DNA of 64,000 nt from Candidatus Poribacteria bacterium. Its GTDB lineage: Bacteria > Poribacteria > WGA-4E > WGA-3G. Position numbers and translations under genes: made by a program. Where the stretch lies: the NCBI GenBank assembly GCA_022827885.1, contig JAJEIP010000019.1, positions 27,209 through 91,208 of the forward strand. The letters run 5' to 3'. This document shows positions 27,584 to 36,440 of the stretch, piece by piece. The notes beneath the pieces are model-generated. The model was not told where the DNA came from. It was given only the letters and a program-made list of their open reading frames with translations, and searched no databases. The first letter of the stretch is position 1; every line of letters starts with the position of its first letter.

Positions 27584-28777
27584 CTAAAACACCAACTCCG
27601 TCTCCACCGCCTCATCGTAGTCTACGCCTTCAACCTCAAACCCGAACAGGTTTCGGAAGCGTCGCCTGAAGTCTGCGTAATCGGAGAGTTCATGGAAATT
27701 GTCGGTATCAATTTGACCCCAACGCTCCGTCACTGCGTTTGTCACCTCAGGTTGTAACTCACGGTCATCGAGACGAATATAGCGTTCGTTGTCGAGGTGT
27801 GGTTGTAGTCCAGGTCCGAGATGCTCCGAGAAGAGCCGTCGCATCTGCCCAATCGGTGCCTCATTGATGCCCTTGGCATTCATAATGTCATAGAGGATAC
27901 TGACATAGAGCGGCACGACCGGAATTGCTGCGGACGCTTGTGTAACGACGGCTTTGTTCACCGAGATATAGGCATTGCCACCGAGTTGATTTGCGAGTCG
28001 CTCGTCAAGTGCGTCAACACGCGTCTTGAGATCGTCCTTCGCTCTACCGATAGTCCCGTCCCAGTAAATGGGCCACGTTAAGGTGCTCCCGATATAGGTA
28101 TAGGCAACAACTGTAACTTCCGGCGCGAGCAACTCCGCTTCTGACAATGCGTCAATCCACATCTCTAAATCTTCACCGCCCATCACGGCAACTGTATCCG
28201 TAATCTCCTGTTCAGTTGCGGGATCAATGGTAACAGGAGCGATGGTTTCTCGATTCAGATCAATCGTTTTCCCTGTATACGGCTCACCGATCGGTTTTAG
28301 GACGGATTGATGTGAGGCACCGGTTTTCGGGTGTATGCGGCGGGGTGCGGCGATACTGTAGACGAGTATATCTATTTTGCCGAAATTCGCCTTGAGTCGG
28401 TTAATTGCCTCCGCCTTCATCTCATCGGAAAACGCATCTCCGTTGAGGCTATCAGCGAAAAACCCATCCGCCGTCGCCTGTCGATGGAAAGCAGCAGTGT
28501 TATAGTAACCCGCCGTTGCAGTGCGTCTGGCATCGGCGGGTCGCTCATAAAGAAGTCCAAGCGTCTTCGCACCGTAAGCCCACGTGAGAGCGATCCGAGA
28601 AGCAAGCCCGTAACCTGTTGATGCTCCGATGACGAGTGCGTTCATATCTGTCGCTTTGTAGGGAATGCCCTGTTTAATCTCATCTATCTGATTAAGGACA
28701 TTCGCATGACAACCCGCCGGATGGGCATTGGTGCAAATAAACCCGCGTATCCGAGGCTTAATAATTTGAATCGCCAT
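27584..28777 (-). CDS. fabV: Trans-2-enoyl-ACP/CoA reductase
   Basis: 397 aa. N-terminal IKPRIRGFICTNAHPAGC and VIGASTGYGLASRI are diagnostic of FabV/TER. Confidence 0.9.
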   Translation of the reverse strand: MAIQIIKPRIRGFICTNAHPAGCHANVLNQIDEIKQGIPYKATDMNALVIGASTGYGLASRIALTWAYGAKTLGLLYERPADARRTATAGYYNTAAFHRQATADGFFADSLNGDAFSDEMKAEAINRLKANFGKIDILVYSIAAPRRIHPKTGASHQSVLKPIGEPYTGKTIDLNRETIAPVTIDPATEQEITDTVAVMGGEDLEMWIDALSEAELLAPEVTVVAYTYIGSTLTWPIYWDGTIGRAKDDLKTRVDALDERLANQLGGNAYISVNKAVVTQASAAIPVVPLYVSILYDIMNAKGINEAPIGQMRRLFSEHLGPGLQPHLDNERYIRLDDRELQPEVTNAVTERWGQIDTDNFHELSDYADFRRRFRNLFGFEVEGVDYDEAVETELVF

Positions 28778-28800
28778 TGTATCCTTCTTTTCTCAAGCCA

Positions 28801-29262
28801 TTAGTTTTCAATTTCAACAACCATCTCAACTTCAACGGGAATCCCGCCGGGCAATTGCACCATGCCGACTGCGGAGCGGGCATGTCTGCCTTTGTCCCCG
28901 AACACTTCCACCAAAAAGTCCGATGCCCCGTTGACAACCGCGGGTTGGTCGGTGAAGTCGGGTGCCGAATTGACGAATCCAACCACTTTGACGACGCGTT
29001 TGATTCTGTCAAGATCACCGAGTGCGTGTTTGAGGGTGCTTAACAAGCCAAGTGCCACTTGGCGTGCTGATGCATAACCTTCCTCGATCGTCGCATCAGT
29101 GCCGAGTTGGCTCTTATAGATTGGACCTTCGCCAGTTCCGGGTCCGTGCCCAGAGGTGAAGATAAGATTGCCGGTCTGTACCGTCGTGACGTAATTCGCT
29201 ACCGGAATCGCGGGTTCTGGTAATTCTACACCTAATTCCTCAAGTCGTTGTTCTATTTTCAT
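28801..29262 (-). CDS. RidA/YjgF family protein
   Basis: 153 aa. GNLIFTSGH ... VKVVGFV ... ARSAVGMVQLP ... VEVEMVVEI pattern. Confidence 0.8.
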   Translation of the reverse strand: MKIEQRLEELGVELPEPAIPVANYVTTVQTGNLIFTSGHGPGTGEGPIYKSQLGTDATIEEGYASARQVALGLLSTLKHALGDLDRIKRVVKVVGFVNSAPDFTDQPAVVNGASDFLVEVFGDKGRHARSAVGMVQLPGGIPVEVEMVVEIEN

Positions 29263-29540
29263 CCGATTTTCCTTTTATTGAAGATTAAATCCTAACATGC
29301 CGCACACACGGCACTTTTGGCATTACTTGCAAGCCGATGCTCGCTGTAAATATTCGTATTTGCCTCTATTATTAAACAGGTTTTCGCTAATTTTGTCAAG
29401 CAAGTTTTGATCGGTTGTCAGTTAAGAGCGCACTTCATAACAACTCCGAATACGCAGACCTTTGTAGGAGAGGTTCGTCCGCTGGACCGATAGGATTTCA
29501 ATCCAAATTTCTGCCAAGAGAGTTACACCGTCGCAATAAT

Positions 29541-29569
29541 TTGCTTTGTAGACCGACCTATGCTAAAAT
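29541..29569 (+). promoter_or_regulatory. Sigma70-like promoter, TTGCTT-N17-TAAAAT with TG extension
   Basis: TGCTAAAAT extended -10 about 60 nt upstream of the dehydrogenase ATG. Confidence 0.55.
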
Positions 29570-29627
29570 GGACGAAGGTTTAATCGAAATATCCTTATAT
29601 CCTTGGTGAAAAACAGAAGGAGTGACT

Positions 29628-30650
29628 ATGAAAGTAGCAGCAGTCTTAGGTGAACATCAAGCAGGACTCGTCGAAGTACCAGATCCGACACCGAAAGAGG
29701 ATTGGGTCGTTGTAAAAATCCATGCCTCGCCGATGTGTACTGAATACCACGCTTTCGAGTATGGACACAAAACTGACGGGCTTGGACACGAAGCCGCAGG
29801 CGAGGTCGTTGACATCGCTCAACCCGGAAAAGTGGAAATCGGCGACCGCGTTGTGGTGATGCCCCAATACCCCTGTGGGAAGTGCGTACTCTGCACCGAC
29901 GGGGACTATATCCACTGCGAAAACAACTACAATTTCGAGGAATTCGTCGGGTCGCGTTACGGTAGTGCGACGATGGCACAGTATATCCTCAAACCCTCTT
30001 GGTTGCTCCCGAAGATTCCGGACAACGTCTCTTATGAACATGCGTCCCTTGCGTGTTGCGCCTTGGGTCCGTCTTACCGAGCGTTTGATGAGATGGGCGT
30101 TAACGCGACCCATACCGTGTTAATCACCGGTATCGGTCCTGTCGGATTCGGTGCGATTACCAACGCCCGATTTCGCGGTGCGAAAGTCATTGCAGCGGAA
30201 CTGATCCCGTGGCGCGTCGAACGCGCAAAACAGATGGGTGTCGAAGCGGTTATCAACCCAACCGATGAAGATGCCGTAGACCAGATCCGTGACCTCACTA
30301 CGGACAGACGCGGTGTAGACTTCGCACTCGACTGCTCAGGAAATGTTCAAGCACATAGACTTTGTATCGATGCGACGCGGCGGCGTGGCACGATTGCATT
30401 CGTCGGACAGAGCGGCAGAAACGACACTGTCCTCCACGTGAGCCCAGATCTCATCGGTAAAGGGTTGCGTCTCGCTGGGGCATGGCACTATAACCTGAAC
30501 CAGTTCCCCGGATTGATGAAGGTTATCGAAGGCTCACCCCTCCTCGACCTGCTTATCAGCAATATCTTCCCGATGAGCGAGATCCAGCAGGCGTTTGAAA
30601 CCTCCGCATCTCAAGAAAGTTCAAAGATTATTCTGAAACCCTGGGAATAA
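29628..30650 (+). CDS. Zinc-dependent medium-chain alcohol dehydrogenase
   Basis: ATG lies 5 nt after GAAGGAG. Catalytic and structural Zn ligands (CTEYH, GHEAAGEV, CGKCVLCTDGDYIHC) and GxGxxG (GIGPVG). Confidence 0.85.
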   Translation: MKVAAVLGEHQAGLVEVPDPTPKEDWVVVKIHASPMCTEYHAFEYGHKTDGLGHEAAGEVVDIAQPGKVEIGDRVVVMPQYPCGKCVLCTDGDYIHCENNYNFEEFVGSRYGSATMAQYILKPSWLLPKIPDNVSYEHASLACCALGPSYRAFDEMGVNATHTVLITGIGPVGFGAITNARFRGAKVIAAELIPWRVERAKQMGVEAVINPTDEDAVDQIRDLTTDRRGVDFALDCSGNVQAHRLCIDATRRRGTIAFVGQSGRNDTVLHVSPDLIGKGLRLAGAWHYNLNQFPGLMKVIEGSPLLDLLISNIFPMSEIQQAFETSASQESSKIILKPWE

Positions 30651-30653
30651 GCC

Positions 30654-32048
30654 ATGCCGACTACACATAAACCGAATATACTCCTCATCGTGTCCGATGA
30701 CCATGCGGCACCGGCGATCGGTTGTTACGGCAGTGAGATGAATCAGACCCTGAATATCGACCGAATCGGTAACGGCGGCATGCGATTCAACAACTGTTTC
30801 TGCACGAACGCAATCTGCACACCGGCACGTGGCTCCATCCTTACGGGAAAATACAGCCATCAGACCGGCATCAAAACCCTCGCGGATACCATCGATCACA
30901 CACAGGAACGGACGGTTGCACAGATGCTGCATGAAGACGGGTATCAGACGGCGATTGTCGGGAAGTGGCATCTCGGACACGGGGGTGTCAGTGATCCGCA
31001 CGGATTCGATTACTGGAATGTGTTTCCTGTCCAAGGTGCACACATCAATCCTGAAATGATTGAGATGGGGGAACGGAAGCAATTCAACGGATACTCCGCT
31101 GATATCGTGACCGATAACTCGCTGAATTGGCTACAGAACAGAGAGACAGATCAGCCGTTTTTTCTCATGACAACCTACAAGGCGACGCACGATCCGTTCT
31201 TTCCGAATCCCAAGCATCAACATCTCTACACAGAGGAGATCCCTGAGCCACCGACTTTCAACGATGGCTACGAAAATCGGGCAGCGGCTGCCGCAATGAA
31301 CACAGCACAGGTGGGTATCATGCACCACAAAAATCATCTGCCGGAACCGATCCCTGAAAATTTGGAAGGCGATGCTTTGAAACGATGGAACTATCAGTGC
31401 TACATGCAGAACTATCTGCGGTGTGCCCACGCCATCGACGAGAATGTCGGACGATTGCTCGATCATCTGGAGGTGGAAGGTCTTGCGGACGATACGATTG
31501 TCATCTATTCTGCAGATCACGGATTCTTTTTAGGCGACCACGGTTGGTATGACAAACGGTTCATGTATGAAGAATCCATACGGATTCCGTTGCTCGTCCG
31601 GTATCCACGCGAGATCCAAGCGTCGGGTGTAAGCGAACAAATTACACTGAACGTTGACTTCGCGCCGACGCTATTGGACTACGCAGGCATAGGGATTCCC
31701 GAGGATATGCAGGGACGGAGTCTCCGAACGTCGTTGGAAGGTGAAACGCCAGTGGATTGGCGCGCGTCTATGTATTACCGGTATTGGATGCACCTGGCGC
31801 ACTTCAACATCCCCGCGCACTACGGCGTGCGGACGGAACGGTATAAACTCATCTACTATTACGGTGAGGCGTTAGGGTCTGGCGGTGCAATCGACCACTC
31901 TACACCACCAGAGTGGGAATTGTTTGATCTGGAGAGGGATCCGCATGAAATGCACAATGTTTACGCAGATCCGGCATATAACGGGGTTGTGGTGGAATTG
32001 AAAGCGGAATTGGAACGCTTGCGGGATGCGTTGGGGGATTATGAGTAG
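30654..32048 (+). CDS. Cys-type sulfatase (formylglycine-dependent)
   Basis: NILLIVSDDH and CTPARGSILTG (CxPxR), then GKWHLG and SADHGFFLGDHGW. Lies 3 nt after the dehydrogenase stop, so probably one operon. Confidence 0.9.
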   Translation: MPTTHKPNILLIVSDDHAAPAIGCYGSEMNQTLNIDRIGNGGMRFNNCFCTNAICTPARGSILTGKYSHQTGIKTLADTIDHTQERTVAQMLHEDGYQTAIVGKWHLGHGGVSDPHGFDYWNVFPVQGAHINPEMIEMGERKQFNGYSADIVTDNSLNWLQNRETDQPFFLMTTYKATHDPFFPNPKHQHLYTEEIPEPPTFNDGYENRAAAAAMNTAQVGIMHHKNHLPEPIPENLEGDALKRWNYQCYMQNYLRCAHAIDENVGRLLDHLEVEGLADDTIVIYSADHGFFLGDHGWYDKRFMYEESIRIPLLVRYPREIQASGVSEQITLNVDFAPTLLDYAGIGIPEDMQGRSLRTSLEGETPVDWRASMYYRYWMHLAHFNIPAHYGVRTERYKLIYYYGEALGSGGAIDHSTPPEWELFDLERDPHEMHNVYADPAYNGVVVELKAELERLRDALGDYE

Positions 32049-32089
32049 GATGGATTGGAAACTTTCGAGAGTTTACCCTTTGAGACGTT

Positions 32090-32497
32090 TTATTGCAAGA
32101 TGTCAATAGGTTCTTTGCGTTCCCTATCTGTTTTATCAAAATCTCGATCAAAACTGATGAGTTGGAGGTTATATCTCACTGCAGCAGTATACTGATAGGC
32201 ATCATCAAAATCGAGGTTGAATTTTTGAATGGGCTGGTTTAAAGTCTTAAGATCTTCCAAGGTTAGCGAAAGTATACGAATACCATCAACAATCATGTCC
32301 TCCACAAACCGAGTGAAAAGTGTAAGATTCTTCAACCGAAACAAAGCAATACCGATAGAATAAACAGAAAAATCTGTGATGAAGATTGTGTCTAAATCAA
32401 CAGACTGGAGAAATGATTGAACTTCGGTTGTCCTTTCTTGACGCAATAACGCTTCAAGAAAGATATTGGTATCGACAAGATACACTAATCTCTCCAT
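32090..32497 (-). CDS. vapC: PIN-domain toxin (VapC-like)
   Basis: 135 aa with YLVDTNIFLEAL, DFDDAYQ and SFDRDFD acidic residues. Overlaps the upstream antitoxin gene by 13 nt. AT-rich. Confidence 0.8.
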   Translation of the reverse strand: MERLVYLVDTNIFLEALLRQERTTEVQSFLQSVDLDTIFITDFSVYSIGIALFRLKNLTLFTRFVEDMIVDGIRILSLTLEDLKTLNQPIQKFNLDFDDAYQYTAAVRYNLQLISFDRDFDKTDRERKEPIDILQ

Positions 32498-32691
32498 TCC
32501 ATTGTTTTCTTCTGAAGTTCAAGTGCTGTATACTGGTCTCGATATTCCTCCAAGCCGCCGATCCAATCTAATTTAGGTTTCTTTTTTCGCTTTGGAACCT
32601 TTTCAGTTAGAAGTGCCTCAATGAAATGGATTACTTCTTTATGATATTCAGGTGGAAGCTGCTTGAGTTTCTCAACAATGATAGATTCCAT
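32485..32691 (-). CDS. DUF2281-like antitoxin partner of VapC
   Basis: 68 aa. LKQLPPEYHKEVIHFIEALL motif. Sits directly upstream of, and overlaps, the PIN gene. Confidence 0.65.
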   Translation of the reverse strand: MESIIVEKLKQLPPEYHKEVIHFIEALLTEKVPKRKKKPKLDWIGGLEEYRDQYTALELQKKTMEWRD

Positions 32692-32771
32692 TTTTATACC
32701 TGCTCTTTAATTTTTTCTCTTATTCGCTTACATAACACCTTTAGGACCACTTCAACTCGATTGTGTTAAAT

Positions 32772-32809
32772 ATTGTAAACTATCTTGAGATTTAAAGCAA
32801 TTTCTTTAT
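32772..32809 (+). repeat. Direct repeat A (att-g-taaactatcttgagatttaaagcaatttctttat), paired with 33884-33920
   Basis: About 38 nt, near-identical to the copy on the other side of the LamG gene. Confidence 0.75.
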
Positions 32810-32966
32810 CAAATCTTATAGGACTATTTAACTTCCAGTTCTCCGAAATATTATTAGGGGCGTTTCAGCCATCTTCAAAAGTTTAGACTTTGAAGAGAAA
32901 ACGCCCATACACTATTACGATACATCATCCATCGCGTTTTTATGATGAATTGTCTAACAATTGTTA

Positions 32967-33788
32967 TTACTCGCTCTTTATCCGTCCCCAGGTGACAGCG
33001 ATTTTGCCTTCGGGTTTCACATCAGAAACGAGCATCTCCATTTCCCTCTGGATGTCCTTTTGCGACAAGACTTCGCTGTAAATGGCGAATTCGTCAATAA
33101 TACCGTGAGCCCCTGCCGTGGTGGCTCTGTATTTAAACTTGTTATTTCCTCCGATTCTCGGGGATTCATGAAATGCAGGAAATCCTGCGAACCCTTTCGC
33201 TGTAGCGACTTCCTCGCCATCAAGGTAGAAGTAAGCACTGCCTCCGAAATCCCAAGTTGCCGCGACGTGCATCCATGTATCTTTCTTAACAACATCAGCG
33301 GCTTGAGCGGCAAGATAATAATCTGTATCGGGTGCGTCCTCTACCGCGAAGTGGAACTCATTTTCCCGTTCTCCAATGACGGCACCTTTTCCAATCGAGA
33401 AGAAGACGACTGCATTGTTGGCATCGAATATCCTAAAGGTCCCAGCGTCTCCACCATTCCAGTGCGGCTTAAACCAGAATAACACGGTGCCGGGGTCGGT
33501 CATTTCGTAATCGAATTCAATGAACTGGTCCAAGGCTTTGCTGAGTTCGATGCCCATCCCGTAGGGACCGTCTTTACTTTTCACACGCTTTGCATTGCCT
33601 TCAATCCTACCGTCATTTCCGTTTCCACTGGCATCTTCAACGACCCCTGCCTTTCTTCCTTTGAAAGAAAACCAAACTTCAGGTTCGGGGGCGGCATCTC
33701 CGATATGAGGTAGCAGCATCAAGCCAACTGTGCATATAACAACAAATGTTAAAGGTTTATAGATAGACTGAATTGTCCAGTTAAACAT
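32967..33788 (-). CDS. Secreted LamG domain protein (paralog of 22862-23671)
   Basis: 273 aa. N-terminal signal/TM, then GNGNDG ... WMHVAATWD ... IDEFAIYSEVLS Laminin_G_3 pattern. Confidence 0.75.
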   Translation of the reverse strand: MFNWTIQSIYKPLTFVVICTVGLMLLPHIGDAAPEPEVWFSFKGRKAGVVEDASGNGNDGRIEGNAKRVKSKDGPYGMGIELSKALDQFIEFDYEMTDPGTVLFWFKPHWNGGDAGTFRIFDANNAVVFFSIGKGAVIGERENEFHFAVEDAPDTDYYLAAQAADVVKKDTWMHVAATWDFGGSAYFYLDGEEVATAKGFAGFPAFHESPRIGGNNKFKYRATTAGAHGIIDEFAIYSEVLSQKDIQREMEMLVSDVKPEGKIAVTWGRIKSE

Positions 33789-33883
33789 AACATCCTCCCT
33801 TTTGATGTGTTTATTATCAAACTCGATTGAGCCTTGAATCCCTCCACTAAAGCGTTGGAGTAACGCATCTAACCCATGCCATT

Positions 33884-33920
33884 ATTATAAATTATCTTGA
33901 AATTTAAAGCAATTCTTTAT
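33884..33920 (+). repeat. Direct repeat B, overlapping the promoter of the PhyH gene
   Basis: attataaattatcttgaaatttaaagcaattctttat, near-identical to 32772-32809. Confidence 0.75.
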
Positions 33921-33925
33921 ATGAT
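33897..33925 (+). promoter_or_regulatory. Sigma70-like promoter, TTGAAA-N17-TATGAT
   Basis: Well-spaced hexamers 45 nt upstream of the 33970 ATG. Confidence 0.55.
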
Positions 33926-33969
33926 ATTTCCCAAGAAAAGGACACCCCTATCCCGCTTGAGGAAAAGAT

Positions 33970-34779
33970 ATGACACCGAAACAGAAGTACCTCTTTGACC
34001 TACGTGGCTACTTGCATTTAGAGAACGTCCTGTCCCCAGAAGAACTTGGCAACACACAGGCAGCGATCGAACGGCTTGTGCAGGCAACATCAGATGAATT
34101 GCCACCCGGAATTAGCAGAGGTGGTGAAGGCTTCTCCAATGGGTTCTCTGCCGATAAATCGCTTGAGGCACTCACACTACATCCCGCTACCTGGCCCATC
34201 ATCAAAGAATTGACGTGGAACAAACCTCGTTTCAATCGTGGATCGCTTGTCGTCAACACGCACGAGCGGCAGGAGATGACACCATTGCATTGTGCCGGTG
34301 AAGGTTTTCGTTGGACCCGACGGTATGGTGTTAGAGACGATCAGATTTTCACAAACGATGTCGTTGCTTTCTTCTATTTCACGGATGTCTATCCGGGGGA
34401 TGGCGGTTTGGTAGTTTTGCCGGGGTCTCATAAGCGCGAATTTGCGCGTCCTGAAAACCTATTCTTCCCCGAACCCGACAATCCAGATGCCCCGCTCCAT
34501 CCAGCACTTGTCAATGTGACACCGAAGGCGGGGGATGTCGTGATTATCACTGAACTGTTGACCCACGGTGTGCTGGTGTGGAAGCCGACGGATCGCGATC
34601 GGCGATTCCTGATTCTGCGATACAAGACGCAGTTCTTTCAAGATGAGCGTGGGATCCGGGAAGTCTTCCCACCTGAAGTGATGGAAAGGCTCTCCCCTGA
34701 GACGAAAGCGTTGGCGGCTTACGGACCCGAGTGGGAAGAAAAGGATCTTGTTAAACAGGATACCGTGACGTTGACGTAA
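33970..34779 (+). CDS. PhyH-family dioxygenase
   Basis: 269 aa. YLFDLRGYLHLENVLS N-terminus, VVLPGSHKREF and ELLTHGVLVW motifs. Closest paralog in the window is 57717-58517. Confidence 0.65.
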   Translation: MTPKQKYLFDLRGYLHLENVLSPEELGNTQAAIERLVQATSDELPPGISRGGEGFSNGFSADKSLEALTLHPATWPIIKELTWNKPRFNRGSLVVNTHERQEMTPLHCAGEGFRWTRRYGVRDDQIFTNDVVAFFYFTDVYPGDGGLVVLPGSHKREFARPENLFFPEPDNPDAPLHPALVNVTPKAGDVVIITELLTHGVLVWKPTDRDRRFLILRYKTQFFQDERGIREVFPPEVMERLSPETKALAAYGPEWEEKDLVKQDTVTLT

Positions 34780-34792
34780 TCGGATCAATCCA

Positions 34793-35200
34793 ATGGAAAT
34801 CGTTAGAGCTGAACTCACGGATGTCGAAATACTCGCTGAACTGAACAAGCACCTCATCGAGGATGAGCGACACCCGAATTCGATGAACATTGCTCAACTC
34901 ACGCAACGGATGAAAGCGTGGTTGGCAACCGATTACATTTGTTATGTGGCGAAGCAGAACGCGGGTATTGTCGCTTACTGTTTATACAGAGATGAGGGTG
35001 GACATTACTATATGCGGCAATTGTACGTGGACAGAGCACACCGACGCAAAGGCATCGCTACACAGCTGCTGGATTGGTTATACGAGAACGTATGGACGAA
35101 TAAAAAGGTCAGATTGGATGTACTTGCCCATAACGAAGATGCCGTCGCTTTTTACAAGAACTACGGATTCAGAATTGGTGTCTTCAGGATGGAAAAATAA
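34793..35200 (+). CDS. GNAT family N-acetyltransferase
   Basis: 135 aa. The acetyl-CoA binding motif is RQLYVDRAHRRKGIATQLL, followed by NEDAVAFYKNYGF. Confidence 0.8.
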   Translation: MEIVRAELTDVEILAELNKHLIEDERHPNSMNIAQLTQRMKAWLATDYICYVAKQNAGIVAYCLYRDEGGHYYMRQLYVDRAHRRKGIATQLLDWLYENVWTNKKVRLDVLAHNEDAVAFYKNYGFRIGVFRMEK

Positions 35201-35220
35201 GAAGTGTGAGGAAATCAACG

Positions 35221-36141
35221 ATGAAATACGACACAGTAAACCGCACCTTTGATTGTGAACCGACGCTTACCGATACAGAGGTGCTACAATACTGTCGGGA
35301 TGGCTACCTGCAACTCCAAGGTGTTGTCCCTGATGAGATTAACCAGCGCACGTGTGATTATCTCAACGGCGATTTGCCGATAAATCCGTGTTTCATGCCC
35401 GATGGGATGACACACGCAGATTTAGAACGGATGCGGGATACACATGAACCCAGCTCGATTCTGCTTGAGGATTGGTATATTGAACATGTTCTTCTCAACC
35501 CAGCACTCGCCGGCGCATTGCGCTCACTGCTCGGTAAGGACGTTGGGTTACCTGTGTTAGTCAGCAACCACCGTGTTAAGTGTCCGATGCCCGCACAGGG
35601 ATGGCACCACGATGCCGATCACGTCTTTGGTCCTGAAACCAACTTTGTGGAGGTCTTTTACTTCCCACAGGATACACCGTCGGAATTGGGTCCAACAGAG
35701 ATTCTGCCGGGTTCACATATCCGTTCCACAAGTCGAGATATAGCCGAGAAAGGGGTTTCAAGCGAAGGGCCCGCGGGTTCGTTTGTTATCCATTCGCAAA
35801 GTATTCTTCATCGGCGCGGTGAATCCACGGCGGAAGGGCTGCGCCATATGTTGAAATACAGTTATTGGCGGACGGTCCCACCAACGCGGGATTGGAAGGA
35901 AGAATCAGAATTTGATCCTCAGACTGCCGAATACGGTGGACACGGCGTGGCGAGATACGTGGCACACATGTTCTACTGGCTCTGCGGCAAAAGCGATGAA
36001 TTTCGGCTCATCGGTGGGCAAGCGTGGCCCTGGTCGAGTGTGAACCAAATCGGTCCTTCCTATGGGTTTGGGCATAAAGAAGGTTACCTCCCGAACTGGC
36101 GAAAGAACAATCCCGATGACTACGCTATTCCATCTTCCTAA
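35221..36141 (+). CDS. PhyH-family dioxygenase
   Basis: ATG at 35221 after GAGGAA. GWHHDADH (HxD), ILPGSHIRS and ILHRRGES motifs. Confidence 0.7.
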   Translation: MKYDTVNRTFDCEPTLTDTEVLQYCRDGYLQLQGVVPDEINQRTCDYLNGDLPINPCFMPDGMTHADLERMRDTHEPSSILLEDWYIEHVLLNPALAGALRSLLGKDVGLPVLVSNHRVKCPMPAQGWHHDADHVFGPETNFVEVFYFPQDTPSELGPTEILPGSHIRSTSRDIAEKGVSSEGPAGSFVIHSQSILHRRGESTAEGLRHMLKYSYWRTVPPTRDWKEESEFDPQTAEYGGHGVARYVAHMFYWLCGKSDEFRLIGGQAWPWSSVNQIGPSYGFGHKEGYLPNWRKNNPDDYAIPSS

Positions 36142-36142
36142 T

Positions 36143-36406
36143 TTACCTTAAGGCATCGAGTTCAACACGATACCGTTTTTCAGTGGCGACGAGCAACGCT
36201 TCGATGACCTTCTCCGTGCCCCCCGACTCCGCAACAAGGGTTTCCATTTGCTCCACTGCGAAAGATGGCACATGGCTAAAACAGTTCTGAGAAGACTTGT
36301 CGAGGTGATTCCCAACGTTTAAACTCAGCACTAACAAAAGTGCGCGTTCCAATCGTTCAATACGCTCGTCACGCGCTTTAAGTTCTTCCAATACATCCAT
36401 TTGCAT
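36143..36406 (-). CDS. Hypothetical protein
   Basis: 87-aa ORF 35 nt downstream of the FG-GAP gene on the same strand. Predicted helical, no recognisable domain. Confidence 0.35.
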   Translation of the reverse strand: MQMDVLEELKARDERIERLERALLLVLSLNVGNHLDKSSQNCFSHVPSFAVEQMETLVAESGGTEKVIEALLVATEKRYRVELDALR

Positions 36407-36440
36407 TTATTAGTCTCCAGTTAATTTAGAAAAGATAGCC

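Noticed and set aside
29415-29609. 64-aa ORF in the RidA/dehydrogenase intergenic region.
   Set aside because: It spans the predicted TTGCTT-N17-TAAAAT promoter and leader of the dehydrogenase operon. It has no RBS and no domain.
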